Source: Gammaproteobacteria bacterium
Lineage (GTDB): Bacteria; Pseudomonadota; Gammaproteobacteria; JAJRRL01
Length of the DNA: 64,000 nt
Assembly (NCBI GenBank): GCA_024279495.1
Contig: JAJRRL010000004.1
Location: 3,432-67,431 of the forward strand
Direction of reading: 5' to 3'
Of this stretch, positions 1-9,855 are shown in pieces. The position numbers and the translations under genes were made by a program. The notes below the pieces were generated by a model. That model was not told the origin of the DNA. It did no database searches and saw only the letters and a program-made list of their open reading frames with translations. Position 1 is the stretch's first letter. Every line of letters begins with the position of its first letter.

Positions 1-159
1 GGCTAACTAATTGAAAACACAATCTTTTTTCGGAATTGGCTTTGCTGTTATTTCGGCAAATTTCGTGCTATCCTTTGTCGGCGCAATCGTGGATGTTTGC
101 GGCTAGGGGATGCGCTCTAGCTAATGTGATATTGGTAAGTTAAAAAAGGAATCACGTCC

Positions 160-2820
160 ATGCCCGAGATTGATTCATTGAAAATAGAAAAACAAGAATG
201 GTTGGATGCCTTAGCATCTGTGCAAGCCTTTGTTGGAGACGACCGAGCAACAGCTATTTTAGAGGCAGTCGTTGACTATGCCAAAGAGCAAGGCTTGGAT
301 TTGCCAGCAGGTTTGGGTTCGTCATACGCACACAATACCATTCCTCAAGAGAAGCAAGCCACTTTACCGGCTGAAGATTTGCCCTTGTTCAATCAGCTGC
401 TTGCTGTTTTGCGTTGGAATGCCATTGCTATGGTCATTCATGCGGTGAAAAAATCATCTAGCATTGGCGGTCATTTAGCGTCTTATGCCTCTATCGCTGT
501 GCTCTACGAAGTAGGAATGAATTATTTTTTCCGCGGGCGTTCGAAAGATTGCCTGGGCGACTTGGTTTATTTTCAAGGACACTCTTGTCCGGGTGTCTAT
601 GCGCGGAGCTTTTTGGAAGGTCGCTTGAGCGAGCAGCAGCTAATGAATTTTCGGCGAGAAGCCGGTGGTGAAGGAGTCTCGTCTTACCCTCATCCTTGGC
701 TTATGCCAGATTATTGGCAATACCCAACAGTCTCTATGGGTTTAGGTCCACTCATGGGAATTTACCAAGCGCAATTCATGAAATACATGGAAAATCGTGG
801 TCTCATCCCAAAACAAAATCGAAAAGTATGGGTTTTTTGTGGTGATGGTGAAATGAATGAGCCAGAATCGACAGGCGCGATTCACATTGCTCACCGAGAG
901 AAACTCGATAACCTGATTTTTGTGCTTAACTGCAATTTACAACGTCTTGACGGTACGGTTTGGGGTAACGGACAAATCATCCAACAGTTCGAGCGTTTGT
1001 TCCAAGGCGCAGGCTGGCGTGTGATTAAAGTTATTTGGGGTGGTCGTTGGATAGAGCTTTTTCAGCGAGACACAGATGGCGCATTGAAAGAAAGCATCGA
1101 TCAATTGCTAGATGGCGATTTTCAAACAATGTCTGCCCGCGGTATTACGTATTTGCGAGAACACTTCTTTGGGAAAACCCCAGAAACAGCAGCCTTGATT
1201 GCAGATTGGTCTGACGATGATTTACGACAGTTGCTTGATGGAGGAATGGATCCTCAACAAGTGTATGCTGCTTACGATGAAGCGACAAAAACGCAAGGTC
1301 AGCCAACCATGATTTTATGTAAAACCGTGAAAGGTTTTGGCATGGGTACTGCTGGTGAAGCGCAAAACGTGAATCACCAAAAGAAAAAAATGACCACCGA
1401 AGAGCTGCAAGCTTTTATTGATCGTTTCAATATCCCAGTATCAGAAGCCCAGCGAGATGCTTTGTCTATGGTGAAACCTGCAAACGACTCACCTGTGATG
1501 GATTACCTCAGAGAACGACGAGAGGATTTAGGCGGTCATGTGCCACATCGTCATCCTGAATGCCCACGTTTACCGATTCCAGATGTATCAGCGTTTCAAG
1601 CGCAACTTGATGGTTCCGGCGATCGAGAAATGTCAACTACCATGGCTTTAGGTCGGGTGATTTCCACGTTGTTAAAAGACAAAGCGTTAAAGCAATACAT
1701 TGTTCCTTTGTTTGTGGATGAAGCACGAACGTTTGGTATGGAAAGTTATTTCCGTCAGCTTGGCATGTATCAGGTGGATGGTCAGCAATATGAGCCAGAA
1801 GATAAAGAACAGCTCATGTATTACAAAGAATCTAAAACAGGCCAGGTGTTGCAGCAAGGCATTACCGAACCAGGCGCGGCAGCGAGTTGGATCGCAGCAG
1901 GAACCTCATACAGCGTGCATGGCGTTCCGATGATTCCTTTCTATATCTACTACGCGATGTTTGGTTTTCAACGTATTGGCGATTTGGTGTGGGCTGGTTC
2001 CGATCAAAGAGCTAGAGGTTTTATTGTGGGTGGTTTGTCAGGTCGAACATCATTACCAGGTGAAGGTTTGCAACATCAAGATGGGCATAACCTCTTAATG
2101 TATAGCTTTGTTCCGAATTGCGTGAGTTACGATCCTTGTTTCGCCTATGAAATGGCTGTGATTGTGCAAGATGGTTTGCGTCGCATGTATCAAGAGCAAG
2201 AAGATGTCTTCTATTACATCACAGCAACCAGTGAAAACTACCAACACCCAGCCATGCCTAAGCATGTTGACATGAAAGACATACTTAAAGGCATGTATTT
2301 GTATCAAGCTGGTGAAACCGGGCATACACACAAAGTGCAATTGCTTGGTTCAGGTGTGGTATTACAGTGCGCCATAGAGGCTGCAAAACTCTTGTTAGAA
2401 TACGGTGTATCAGCTGATGTGTGGAGTGTGACAAGCTTTAATGAACTTCGCCGTGATATTCAAGCGACTGATCGCACCAACCGCTTAAAGCCCAATGCAA
2501 AAGTTGTCTCGCATGTGGCAGCGTGTTTGGCTGATCATGCAGGGCCTGTGGTGGCTGTGTCTGATCACATTAAATTATCAGCCAATCAAATTGCACCTGC
2601 TTTGCAAGGCAGGGTTTATCATGCATTGGGAACGGATGGTTTTGGGCGTAGTGACTCACGAGAGACATTACGAGAATTTTTCGAAATTGATGCGAAAATG
2701 GTCGCATACACAGCTCTGAAATCCTTGCATGATGCAGGGGAAATCAGCGTTGATGTTGTGAACAAAGCAGCTTTAGCATTAGGCATTGATCGAGACGTTG
2801 CTGATCCAGCAACGCGCTAA
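160..2820 (+). CDS. aceE: pyruvate dehydrogenase E1 component (homodimeric AceE type)
   Basis: 886-aa ORF of canonical AceE length. ThDP-binding segment VFCGDGEMNEPES...NCNLQRLDG. Followed directly by E2 and E3 genes. Confidence 0.95.
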   Translation: MPEIDSLKIEKQEWLDALASVQAFVGDDRATAILEAVVDYAKEQGLDLPAGLGSSYAHNTIPQEKQATLPAEDLPLFNQLLAVLRWNAIAMVIHAVKKSSSIGGHLASYASIAVLYEVGMNYFFRGRSKDCLGDLVYFQGHSCPGVYARSFLEGRLSEQQLMNFRREAGGEGVSSYPHPWLMPDYWQYPTVSMGLGPLMGIYQAQFMKYMENRGLIPKQNRKVWVFCGDGEMNEPESTGAIHIAHREKLDNLIFVLNCNLQRLDGTVWGNGQIIQQFERLFQGAGWRVIKVIWGGRWIELFQRDTDGALKESIDQLLDGDFQTMSARGITYLREHFFGKTPETAALIADWSDDDLRQLLDGGMDPQQVYAAYDEATKTQGQPTMILCKTVKGFGMGTAGEAQNVNHQKKKMTTEELQAFIDRFNIPVSEAQRDALSMVKPANDSPVMDYLRERREDLGGHVPHRHPECPRLPIPDVSAFQAQLDGSGDREMSTTMALGRVISTLLKDKALKQYIVPLFVDEARTFGMESYFRQLGMYQVDGQQYEPEDKEQLMYYKESKTGQVLQQGITEPGAAASWIAAGTSYSVHGVPMIPFYIYYAMFGFQRIGDLVWAGSDQRARGFIVGGLSGRTSLPGEGLQHQDGHNLLMYSFVPNCVSYDPCFAYEMAVIVQDGLRRMYQEQEDVFYYITATSENYQHPAMPKHVDMKDILKGMYLYQAGETGHTHKVQLLGSGVVLQCAIEAAKLLLEYGVSADVWSVTSFNELRRDIQATDRTNRLKPNAKVVSHVAACLADHAGPVVAVSDHIKLSANQIAPALQGRVYHALGTDGFGRSDSRETLREFFEIDAKMVAYTALKSLHDAGEISVDVVNKAALALGIDRDVADPATR

Positions 2821-2849
2821 CTGGCTTGATGGATAATAGGAGAAGGTAA

Positions 2850-4118
2850 GTGGCAGTAGAAAATATTGTAGTACCAGATATTGGTGGGGGCGATCCTGTT
2901 GATGTGATCGAAGTAGCTGTTTCTGTTGGCGATGATGTCGCTATTGAAGACACGCTTATTACTTTAGAAGGTGATAAGGCAACCATGGATATTCCATCCC
3001 CCAAAGCGGGTCGAGTAGCCAGTGTTGATGTATCTGTCGGTGGTAAAGTCGCAGAGGGCGCTTTGATTATCACGCTAGAGACAGCCGCCTCTTCTGACAA
3101 AACGTCGGCACCTGCTGAAGACAAAAAAGCAGAAGAGCCTAAAGCGAAAAAATCAAAAGTAGCAGAGCCGACTAAAGTTGAAAAAGCACCTGTTGTAGAA
3201 GCAGTTGCTAATGATGCGGATGTGTATGCGGGTCCGTCTGTTCGTCGTTTGGCTCGAGAGATTGGTATTGCTTTGCAAGCGGTTAGAGGAACGGGCGATC
3301 GTGGGCGCATTACCACAGAAGACGTGAAGCAACACGTGCAACAACGCATGACCAGTAGTTCAGGTGGAAGCGCAATAGGCGCTGGTTTACCTCCTATGCC
3401 AACGGTTGACTTCAGCCGTTTTGGTCCGACTTCCACGAAGCCTTTAAGCAAAATTCAAAAACTTTCTGGTAGTTTTTTGCATCGCAATTGGGTGTCGATT
3501 CCGCATGTCACGCAATTTGCAGAAGCAGATATCACAGAGATGGAAGCTTTCCGTCAGGCAGAGAAAGCAGCTTTAGCGAAACAAGGCGTTCGTTTAACGC
3601 CGATTGTGTTTATCATGAAAGCCGCGGTGGCAGCACTAAAAGCTTTTCCTCGTGTGAATGCATCGCTTGATCCGTCTGGCCAGCAACTTATTATGAAGGA
3701 ATATTTCCATGTGGGTGTGGCTGTGGATACGCCTAATGGTTTAGTGGTTCCAGTGATTCGTGATGTCGATCAAAAAAGCTTAACTGATCTTGCTAAAGAA
3801 CTAGGTGACATTAGTGTGAAAGCACGCGATGGTTTGCTTAAGCCTTCTGAGATGCAGGGCGGTTGCTTTACGATTTCTAGCTTGGGTGGTATTGGCGGAA
3901 CAGCCTTTACACCAATTGTGAACGCACCTGAAGTCGCTATTTTAGGTGTGTCGCGCTCTAGCATGAAACCTGTTTGGATAGATGGTGCGTGGCAGCCTCG
4001 CTTAATATTGCCCCTGTCTTTGTCTTACGATCATCGTGTGGTTGATGGCGCTGAAGGTGCTAGATTCACGATGTTCTTGTCTGCTTGCCTTGAAGATCTG
4101 CGCAAGTTGATGCTCTGA
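2850..4118 (+). CDS. aceF: dihydrolipoamide acetyltransferase E2 with a single lipoyl domain
   Basis: GTG start. Lipoyl-lysine motif LEGDKATMDIPSP, Ala/Pro/Lys-rich linker, E3-binding segment (YAGPSVRRLAREIGI) and catalytic DHRVVDG motif near the C-terminus. Confidence 0.93.
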   Translation: MAVENIVVPDIGGGDPVDVIEVAVSVGDDVAIEDTLITLEGDKATMDIPSPKAGRVASVDVSVGGKVAEGALIITLETAASSDKTSAPAEDKKAEEPKAKKSKVAEPTKVEKAPVVEAVANDADVYAGPSVRRLAREIGIALQAVRGTGDRGRITTEDVKQHVQQRMTSSSGGSAIGAGLPPMPTVDFSRFGPTSTKPLSKIQKLSGSFLHRNWVSIPHVTQFAEADITEMEAFRQAEKAALAKQGVRLTPIVFIMKAAVAALKAFPRVNASLDPSGQQLIMKEYFHVGVAVDTPNGLVVPVIRDVDQKSLTDLAKELGDISVKARDGLLKPSEMQGGCFTISSLGGIGGTAFTPIVNAPEVAILGVSRSSMKPVWIDGAWQPRLILPLSLSYDHRVVDGAEGARFTMFLSACLEDLRKLML

Positions 4119-4171
4119 TTTTAGATTAAATTATTTTTTGTTTACATAGATACATATAGAAGGTGAAACTC

Positions 4172-5587
4172 ATGAATGACGTAGTAAAAACACAAGCGGT
4201 TGTGATTGGTAGCGGTCCTGCAGGTTATGCGGCTGCATTTCGTATGGCAGATTTAGGTTTGCAGGTAACGTTGGTTGATAAAGAAAAAGAATTAGGTGGT
4301 GTGTGTTTGAACGTGGGTTGTATCCCATCAAAAGCATTGCTGCATGTGGCTAAAGTGATGGATGATGTGAAAGGCTTAGAGCCTTACGTGACTTACGGCA
4401 AACCAAAAATTGATGTACCAGCGTTAAGAGACTTTAAAAACAGTGTGATTAAGCGTTTAACGGGCGGCTTGGCCATGATGGCTAAGCAGCGCGGCGTTAA
4501 TGTTATTAAAGGTTTTGCGACCTTTGCTGATGATCATCACTTAACAATCGATAACGATGGTTCAGTGAGTACACTTGAATTTGAACAAGCCATTATTGCA
4601 GTGGGTTCTCGTCCTGTGTCCTTGCCTTTTATTCCTGAAGATGATCGTGTGATGGATTCCACCGGGGCGCTTGAGTTAGAGCAAGTGGATTCAGAATTTT
4701 TGGTGATCGGTGGCGGTATTATCGGTTTGGAAATGGCAACTGTGTATCATGCTTTAGGTGCTAAAGTGACTATCGTTGAAATGCAAGATCAAATCATGCC
4801 TGGCGCAGATCTAGATATCGTGAAACCACTCATGAAGCGTGTGAAAGGCCACTACGAGAACATATTGCTAAAAACAGGAGTCACTAAAGTAGAGGCGAAG
4901 GCTGATGGTATGTACGTGACTTTTGAAGGAGACAATGCTCCAGATAGTCCACAACGTTTCGATCGTATTTTGGTAGCAGTGGGTCGACGACCAAACGGTT
5001 CTTTAATCGAGGCAGACAAAGCAGGCATTACTGTCGATGAACGTGGCTTTATTGCTGTCGACAATCAAATGCGAACCAATGTACCTCATATTTATGCAAT
5101 CGGTGATGTGGTCGGTAATCCGATGTTGGCACATAAAGGTGCGTATGAAGGTCGTTTAGCCGCTGAAGTGATCTCAGGTAAGAAACATTTCAACGATGCT
5201 AAATGCATTCCATCGGTTGCTTACACTGACCCTGAAGTAGCGTGGGTGGGTATTACAGAAACAGAAGCAAAAGCACAAGGCGTTGAGTACCGTACTGGTG
5301 TGTTCCCTTGGATGGCCAGTGGCCGTGCTTTGGCGAATGGTCGTTCTGAAGGCATGACAAAAATTATTGTCGATAAAAACAATCGTGTGATAGGTGGTGC
5401 GATTGTGGGTGTCTCAGCGGGTGATCTCATTTCTGAAGTCGCTTTAGCTGTTGAAATGGGTGCAGACATTGAAGATGTTGCCTTAACCATTCATCCACAC
5501 CCCACCTTATCTGAAAGCGTGATGTTAGCAGCTGAAGTGTGTGAGGGGACTGTAACCGACTTATACATACCCAAAAAGAAAAAGTAA
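4172..5587 (+). CDS. lpdA: dihydrolipoyl dehydrogenase E3
   Basis: FAD-binding GSGPAGY, redox-active disulfide GGVCLNVGCIPSK, NAD-binding GGGIIGLE. The ORF track starts at GTG 4163, but ATG 4172 sits 6 nt after the AGAAGGTG Shine-Dalgarno sequence. Confidence 0.93.
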   Translation: MNDVVKTQAVVIGSGPAGYAAAFRMADLGLQVTLVDKEKELGGVCLNVGCIPSKALLHVAKVMDDVKGLEPYVTYGKPKIDVPALRDFKNSVIKRLTGGLAMMAKQRGVNVIKGFATFADDHHLTIDNDGSVSTLEFEQAIIAVGSRPVSLPFIPEDDRVMDSTGALELEQVDSEFLVIGGGIIGLEMATVYHALGAKVTIVEMQDQIMPGADLDIVKPLMKRVKGHYENILLKTGVTKVEAKADGMYVTFEGDNAPDSPQRFDRILVAVGRRPNGSLIEADKAGITVDERGFIAVDNQMRTNVPHIYAIGDVVGNPMLAHKGAYEGRLAAEVISGKKHFNDAKCIPSVAYTDPEVAWVGITETEAKAQGVEYRTGVFPWMASGRALANGRSEGMTKIIVDKNNRVIGGAIVGVSAGDLISEVALAVEMGADIEDVALTIHPHPTLSESVMLAAEVCEGTVTDLYIPKKKK

Positions 5588-5603
5588 ATGTCGAAACGTT
5601 TTC

Positions 5604-5699
5604 TTTTTCCCCCCTGCGTTGTCGGCCTGCGCTTCCGGTGCTCAAGTACTCTGCGTACGATCCGCTCCGGTTCTCGGTTCTCCTAGCAGGGAGGAAAAA
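5604..5699. repeat. 14-bp inverted repeat (TTTTTCCCCCCTGC / GCAGGGAGGAAAAA, 1 mismatch) enclosing 68 bp, immediately downstream of lpdA
   Basis: Read directly from the sequence at 5604-5617 and 5686-5699. It may act as the operon terminator or be a small palindromic element. Confidence 0.6.
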
Positions 5700-5810
5700 T
5701 AATTCTGTTTCCTGTTTATATTTTTTGTTTTATGGCTGATTTAGCTTTCGTTGTGGTGAGTGCTCGCATGTACACTCCGCTTTTTCATCGACTTTTCGTC
5801 TAACCTTATA

Positions 5811-5903
5811 AAATAGCCCTGACCATTTGTCATTCCCTACGTCACTACGTTCCTGGGGATGACACCGTTTTTCAACGGTGCAAGCAAATGGTTGGGGCTA
5901 TTT
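5811..5903. repeat. nested palindromic REP/MITE-like element
   Basis: Outer arms AAATAGCCCTGACCATTTG (5811-5829) and CAAATGGTTGGGGCTATTT (5885-5903) match 17/19 as an inverted repeat. The inner part is TGTCAT...GGGGATGACA plus a CCGTT-tttca-AACGG hairpin. It shares the GTCATCC/GGGGATGAC motif with elements at 33.5, 42.9, 55.2 and 62.1 kb. Confidence 0.7.
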
Positions 5904-6002
5904 TATTTTCGTCTGTGCTACCCGTGTCAAGCACGAGCACTTCTACGGAGTAGCGCCTCTCTAGCGCTTTGCGCTTCGTTCGGCATTTTAATTTATTCGT
6001 TT

Positions 6003-6072
6003 GACGGGATGACAACGTTTTTTAACGGATCAAGCCTGAGTTCCCCGATGGCACTTCGTTTGCCGGGATGAC
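6003..6072. repeat. REP/MITE-like element copy (reverse orientation)
   Basis: GGGATGACAACGTTTTTTAACGGATCAAGCCTGAGTTCCCC...GCCGGGATGACA. It contains the GGATCAAGCC and GGGATGACA modules of the family. Confidence 0.65.
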
Positions 6073-6182
6073 AGCAGCTGGGATAGCAACTTAGCCACCA
6101 CATTCCAAACCGGCCTATACGCGCTATAGGAAAAGAAATAGGCTTATTAGCTTTATCGCATATAGCCTAAAGGAGAGCTGTG

Positions 6183-6542
6183 ATGAGTAAAAAACCAGCA
6201 AAAGTAGAAGAACCAAAAGAAGTAGAAAAAGCAACACCATATTACAGAGATGGTACTAGTCTCCAACTAGCTGCTGCTGCACTTGGATCTGATTATTGCG
6301 TTACACTTACAGATGAAGAAGTTTCTGCTGCGCAAGCAGAAAGAAGACAAGCTAATATACAAGCTGCTCAAAAGGCTAAGCAGGCTGCTCGGGATACTAA
6401 GTCGCAAGCGGCTATTAGACAAGGTGGTTTGACTGCAGCAACCGCTGGAGGAGCTAAAGTTAGAATGAGGGAAGCGCAAGAAGGTAAAATCGCTCAAAGT
6501 GATCCGCAAGTTAGGGGATCTGGCCTTGCACCTGCGACGTAG
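6183..6542 (+). CDS. hypothetical small Ala/Gln/Lys-rich protein
   Basis: 119-aa ORF with an AGGAG Shine-Dalgarno sequence 7 nt upstream of ATG 6183 (GTG 6180 is an alternative). No recognisable domain. An antisense ORF of similar length lacks an RBS. Confidence 0.5.
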   Translation: MSKKPAKVEEPKEVEKATPYYRDGTSLQLAAAALGSDYCVTLTDEEVSAAQAERRQANIQAAQKAKQAARDTKSQAAIRQGGLTAATAGGAKVRMREAQEGKIAQSDPQVRGSGLAPAT

Positions 6543-6670
6543 TTTTTTCATATTATTCAATCTATTACGATTATTTCTTATTCCTGGAGCGAGAATGAGG
6601 GGGGTAAAAAGTTGATGGACATTAAACAAAAGCGGCATAATAAAATCTTTATCTATTGAAAAGGTTTATT

Positions 6671-8731
6671 ATGTCTAAGTTTAATTACTCCACTGATCAT
6701 GCTTATAACATTCTTTCAGATTCTGATCATATAGGATCGCTACAAGCAGTTATGACAGCTATTACTGGCAAGGACTTAGGTAGCTTTCATAGGCAGAAAA
6801 AGACAGGTGTTGTTGTTTTTGTTTCTGGTTCTGGTTCGCCTGCCTCTTTTTTAGGGAATGTCGAGGCTAAGTCTGATCAGGATCATAAGCTTTCACTGAA
6901 CTGTGATAACACCGATTTTAATTTCTTGCGCATAATGCTCATTGATCTGCTGGACTGTACTCCATATAAGCCTGTAACTCGCGAATGTGGATTCACAGAC
7001 ACTCAGATAACGTTTCATAACGAGACGTTTCATTCGACCTTTTTGAAAAAGGTGATGGGTGGGAAGCCAAAAGCTTTGAGAGCTATGTTTTTGTGGAATA
7101 ATGAAAGCACAATACATATCATCATTGTAACAACAGAGAATGAAATGCTAGATGTTAGTTGGAACCTAACATCATTAGAGGACACTTTAAAAAAGTACCC
7201 AACAGAGGGAAATGATCCCGCTCGTTTGAGCACAATTTTTAAAAAGCAATTGCTTCCAAATATGAACGTGGCGAAACTGCCTAGTTCAGGTGTTTTTTTT
7301 GATTTCGTGCTACGTCTCGATGGTGCTGTTGCAGGTCAGATTCCAGTACTCCCCCATACTTCTGACGCTGCAGTGGTGGCAGTTTCAGGTGTCGCTGAAG
7401 AGGAACCTCTAGCAGCTAAAAAGGTGGTAGTAGCCAATGAAGGGAAAGGGGTTTCAGCGGAGCTTGATGTTCGAAGATTCGGCTGGGCGACTAAGCAATT
7501 AGCAAAAGCTCGTGGACTCATAAAAAAGCATAGTGAATATGGTTATCTCCACCCGATCCGGAAAAAGAATAATAAGCTTGAGTCCACCCGACAAAACAAG
7601 TTAATCAAGTGTGTTGTTTTTGAGACTGATAAAGACGCTTATGAGTGGGAGTTGGAAAATAGAACGCGTTCAACGCTTCAGGTTTTAGGAGATGGCCGCT
7701 TGATTGTGACTATTGGGTTGACCAGGCATGCTCATATCTATGGTTCGGATACTATTGGTTTGCAGTTAGTGAGTGACTTGATACCAGATGGACAAGATCA
7801 TTTGCCGATTATATCTGAGTTTCGTTTTGACGGCCCTTATAATGCAGAAATTACTAAAGCGCATAACGACCGTCTTGCAGGCCGGGCAAAATTACCTGCG
7901 GCTCATCAGCCTGTTTCGGCTCCAGTAGGTCAGTCTGCTAATGTTTCAGCTGCGGCTCCAGTAGCTCAGTCTGCTAAGGACGCTGAATATGGTGCTTTTG
8001 AGTCTGTTGGAAACTTTCAATCAGGTCAGCCGAATAATAAGCTTAAAGCAATGTGGGGAGGCAATCCAATCAAGTACGTTACTTTTAACACTGTTGAAGA
8101 CGCTTATGAGTGGGAGTTAAGAAATAAAGCGTGTTTACCGCTTAAGCATTTAGAAGATGGACGTTTGATTGTGACTATTGGGTTGTTAGCTAGTGGTCAT
8201 ATTTATCATTCTGATGATATTGGTTTGCAGTTAGTGAGTGACTTGATACCAGAAGGACAAGATCATTTGCTGATTAAAGATGAGTTTTGTTTTACAGGGC
8301 TTTATTTGGATAATCTTAAGAGCGGGTATAATGCTCGCGATCAAGGGAATGCAGGACCTGTTGTGGCTCAAGGTCAGTCTGTTGTGGCTCAAGGTCAGCC
8401 TGCTGTGGCTCAATATCAGAAAAACACAAAACAAATAGTTGGAGCAGCCTTGTTTTCAGCTTTAGGTTTGGGTTCTTTTTCAGTGATACCAAGCATGGCT
8501 TTGGCAAGTCACACGGCTGTGCTTCAAATGGCAACTCGAGCTTTGCCATTGGCTTTAAGTATTTCTGTGTTTGTAGTAGGTCTTGCAGGTGTGATTGTTT
8601 TTGGCTTGTGGGCTACAAGCAAAGCTTCTGGGAAATCGAAAGGTATCTTTGAGTCGAGAGAAAAGTTAAAGGTTGCTCCTTTAGCTGTTTGTGACGGAGC
8701 AAATGGAGGCAATACGCATACGCAGCGCTAA
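6671..8731 (+). CDS. hypothetical protein with an internal ~155-aa duplication, an 18-bp tandem repeat and a C-terminal hydrophobic hairpin; candidate secreted or membrane effector
   Basis: Long ORF. ATG 6671 is preferred over TTG 6656. The duplicated module (DAYEWEL...DGRLIVTIGL...IGLQLVSDLIP(D/E)GQDHL) occurs at ~7590-7840 and ~8035-8305. Two predicted TM helices lie near the C-terminus. Confidence 0.7.
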   Translation: MSKFNYSTDHAYNILSDSDHIGSLQAVMTAITGKDLGSFHRQKKTGVVVFVSGSGSPASFLGNVEAKSDQDHKLSLNCDNTDFNFLRIMLIDLLDCTPYKPVTRECGFTDTQITFHNETFHSTFLKKVMGGKPKALRAMFLWNNESTIHIIIVTTENEMLDVSWNLTSLEDTLKKYPTEGNDPARLSTIFKKQLLPNMNVAKLPSSGVFFDFVLRLDGAVAGQIPVLPHTSDAAVVAVSGVAEEEPLAAKKVVVANEGKGVSAELDVRRFGWATKQLAKARGLIKKHSEYGYLHPIRKKNNKLESTRQNKLIKCVVFETDKDAYEWELENRTRSTLQVLGDGRLIVTIGLTRHAHIYGSDTIGLQLVSDLIPDGQDHLPIISEFRFDGPYNAEITKAHNDRLAGRAKLPAAHQPVSAPVGQSANVSAAAPVAQSAKDAEYGAFESVGNFQSGQPNNKLKAMWGGNPIKYVTFNTVEDAYEWELRNKACLPLKHLEDGRLIVTIGLLASGHIYHSDDIGLQLVSDLIPEGQDHLLIKDEFCFTGLYLDNLKSGYNARDQGNAGPVVAQGQSVVAQGQPAVAQYQKNTKQIVGAALFSALGLGSFSVIPSMALASHTAVLQMATRALPLALSISVFVVGLAGVIVFGLWATSKASGKSKGIFESREKLKVAPLAVCDGANGGNTHTQR

Positions 8732-9855
8732 TGGCCCTGTGTTCTTAGGACCTTATACAAACGCTCGGTGATTTTCCCTTGCTCGTAGGCGCGTTCAACA
8801 TCCACAGACATGGGTTGTCCGTACTTTTTCAGCAAGCTTCGTGATGCTGCGGTGATGTGATCTAGGTCGCACTCTAGCAGTTCATCACGAATGGCTTCGT
8901 TGAAAACCAAATACTCTCGAAGAGGCATGCGCTTGCCGTCGGTGGTTGGTACCAACTGCTGCCAAATAATCACACGTAAGGTTTCGATGATATCAATTGT
9001 TTTACCAGCTCGATCAGCGCTGTCGAAACTACCCACTAAACGACGAATGGTTTCAGCCACACCGTTACTGTGTAAGGTAGTGTAGACCGGGTGGCCTGTT
9101 AGGGCTGCTTCTAGCACCGCAGAGATAGTATCGGAATCTCGACACTCACCTACTAGCAAACCGTGAGGTTTACGACGCAAGGCATTTCGCACGCCAGCAG
9201 CAAAGCTTGGCAAGTGTTTAGGAATTTCAGATTGCGAAATCATGGCAGTAGGTGTGGTAATTGTGTCGTACACAAATTCGATGGGGGATTCGTAGGTTAG
9301 AATTTTTCGGTTGGCCTCAGGGTCTTCGATTAAATTACGCATCATGGCGGCAAGCAGCGTACTCTTACCAGAACCGGTCGCACCTGTGATATAAACGACT
9401 CCATCTTTAGGAGCAGATGCATCGATGATTTCTTGAGGTAAATTCATGCTGTCGATATGGGGAGGCTCTATTGGAATGGTACGAGCGGTGACTTGAATAG
9501 CGTGATGGCCCTTCACCGTACAACCTGTGCCATTCACCCTGAAACGGAAACGTTCGTTTCGAGAGGGGCGAATTTCGTAGTGTGTATCGAGATCTTCACC
9601 ACGAAGAATCTGTGTTGTTCCGTTGGGACCATAAATTCCGTTGATCAGATCAGAGACTTCAGAGTTGGTGAGATCATGGCGCGTTATTTTTCGCAAACGC
9701 CCCATTAACTCGATCATCACTTTTTCACCGGTTTGAATGGTGATATCGGATGCACCAAGGCGAAAGCCATGAGCTAGGATATCGTCGATGTGCCTACCTT
9801 CAAAACGATTGACCTCGTTGGGCAACATCAGCTCCGCAGGATCGATGTCGCTCAT
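8728..9855 (-). CDS. dotB: Dot/Icm T4BSS ATPase DotB (PilT/VirB11-like)
   Basis: Walker A motif GATGSGKST. ~375 aa when started at ATG 9855, which overlaps the dotC stop as ATGA. Synteny with dotD-dotC. The ORF track extends to 9906. Confidence 0.9.
   Translation of the reverse strand: MSDIDPAELMLPNEVNRFEGRHIDDILAHGFRLGASDITIQTGEKVMIELMGRLRKITRHDLTNSEVSDLINGIYGPNGTTQILRGEDLDTHYEIRPSRNERFRFRVNGTGCTVKGHHAIQVTARTIPIEPPHIDSMNLPQEIIDASAPKDGVVYITGATGSGKSTLLAAMMRNLIEDPEANRKILTYESPIEFVYDTITTPTAMISQSEIPKHLPSFAAGVRNALRRKPHGLLVGECRDSDTISAVLEAALTGHPVYTTLHSNGVAETIRRLVGSFDSADRAGKTIDIIETLRVIIWQQLVPTTDGKRMPLREYLVFNEAIRDELLECDLDHITAASRSLLKKYGQPMSVDVERAYEQGKITERLYKVLRTQGH

Noticed and set aside
2744-3451. 235-aa minus-strand ORF antisense to aceF
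   Set aside because: It lies entirely inside a well-supported E2 gene. Its Ala/Ser/Thr-rich composition is typical of the antisense of a coding region.
5859-6071. 70-aa plus-strand ORF
   Set aside because: It is composed of REP/MITE-like repeat sequence and has no RBS. The analogous ORF at 33834-34037 lies in another repeat cluster.
6267-6638. 123-aa minus-strand ORF opposite the 119-aa small ORF
   Set aside because: It has no Shine-Dalgarno sequence, and its Ser/Leu/Arg-rich composition is typical of antisense frames. The plus-strand ORF has AGGAG at ideal spacing, though neither ORF is certain.
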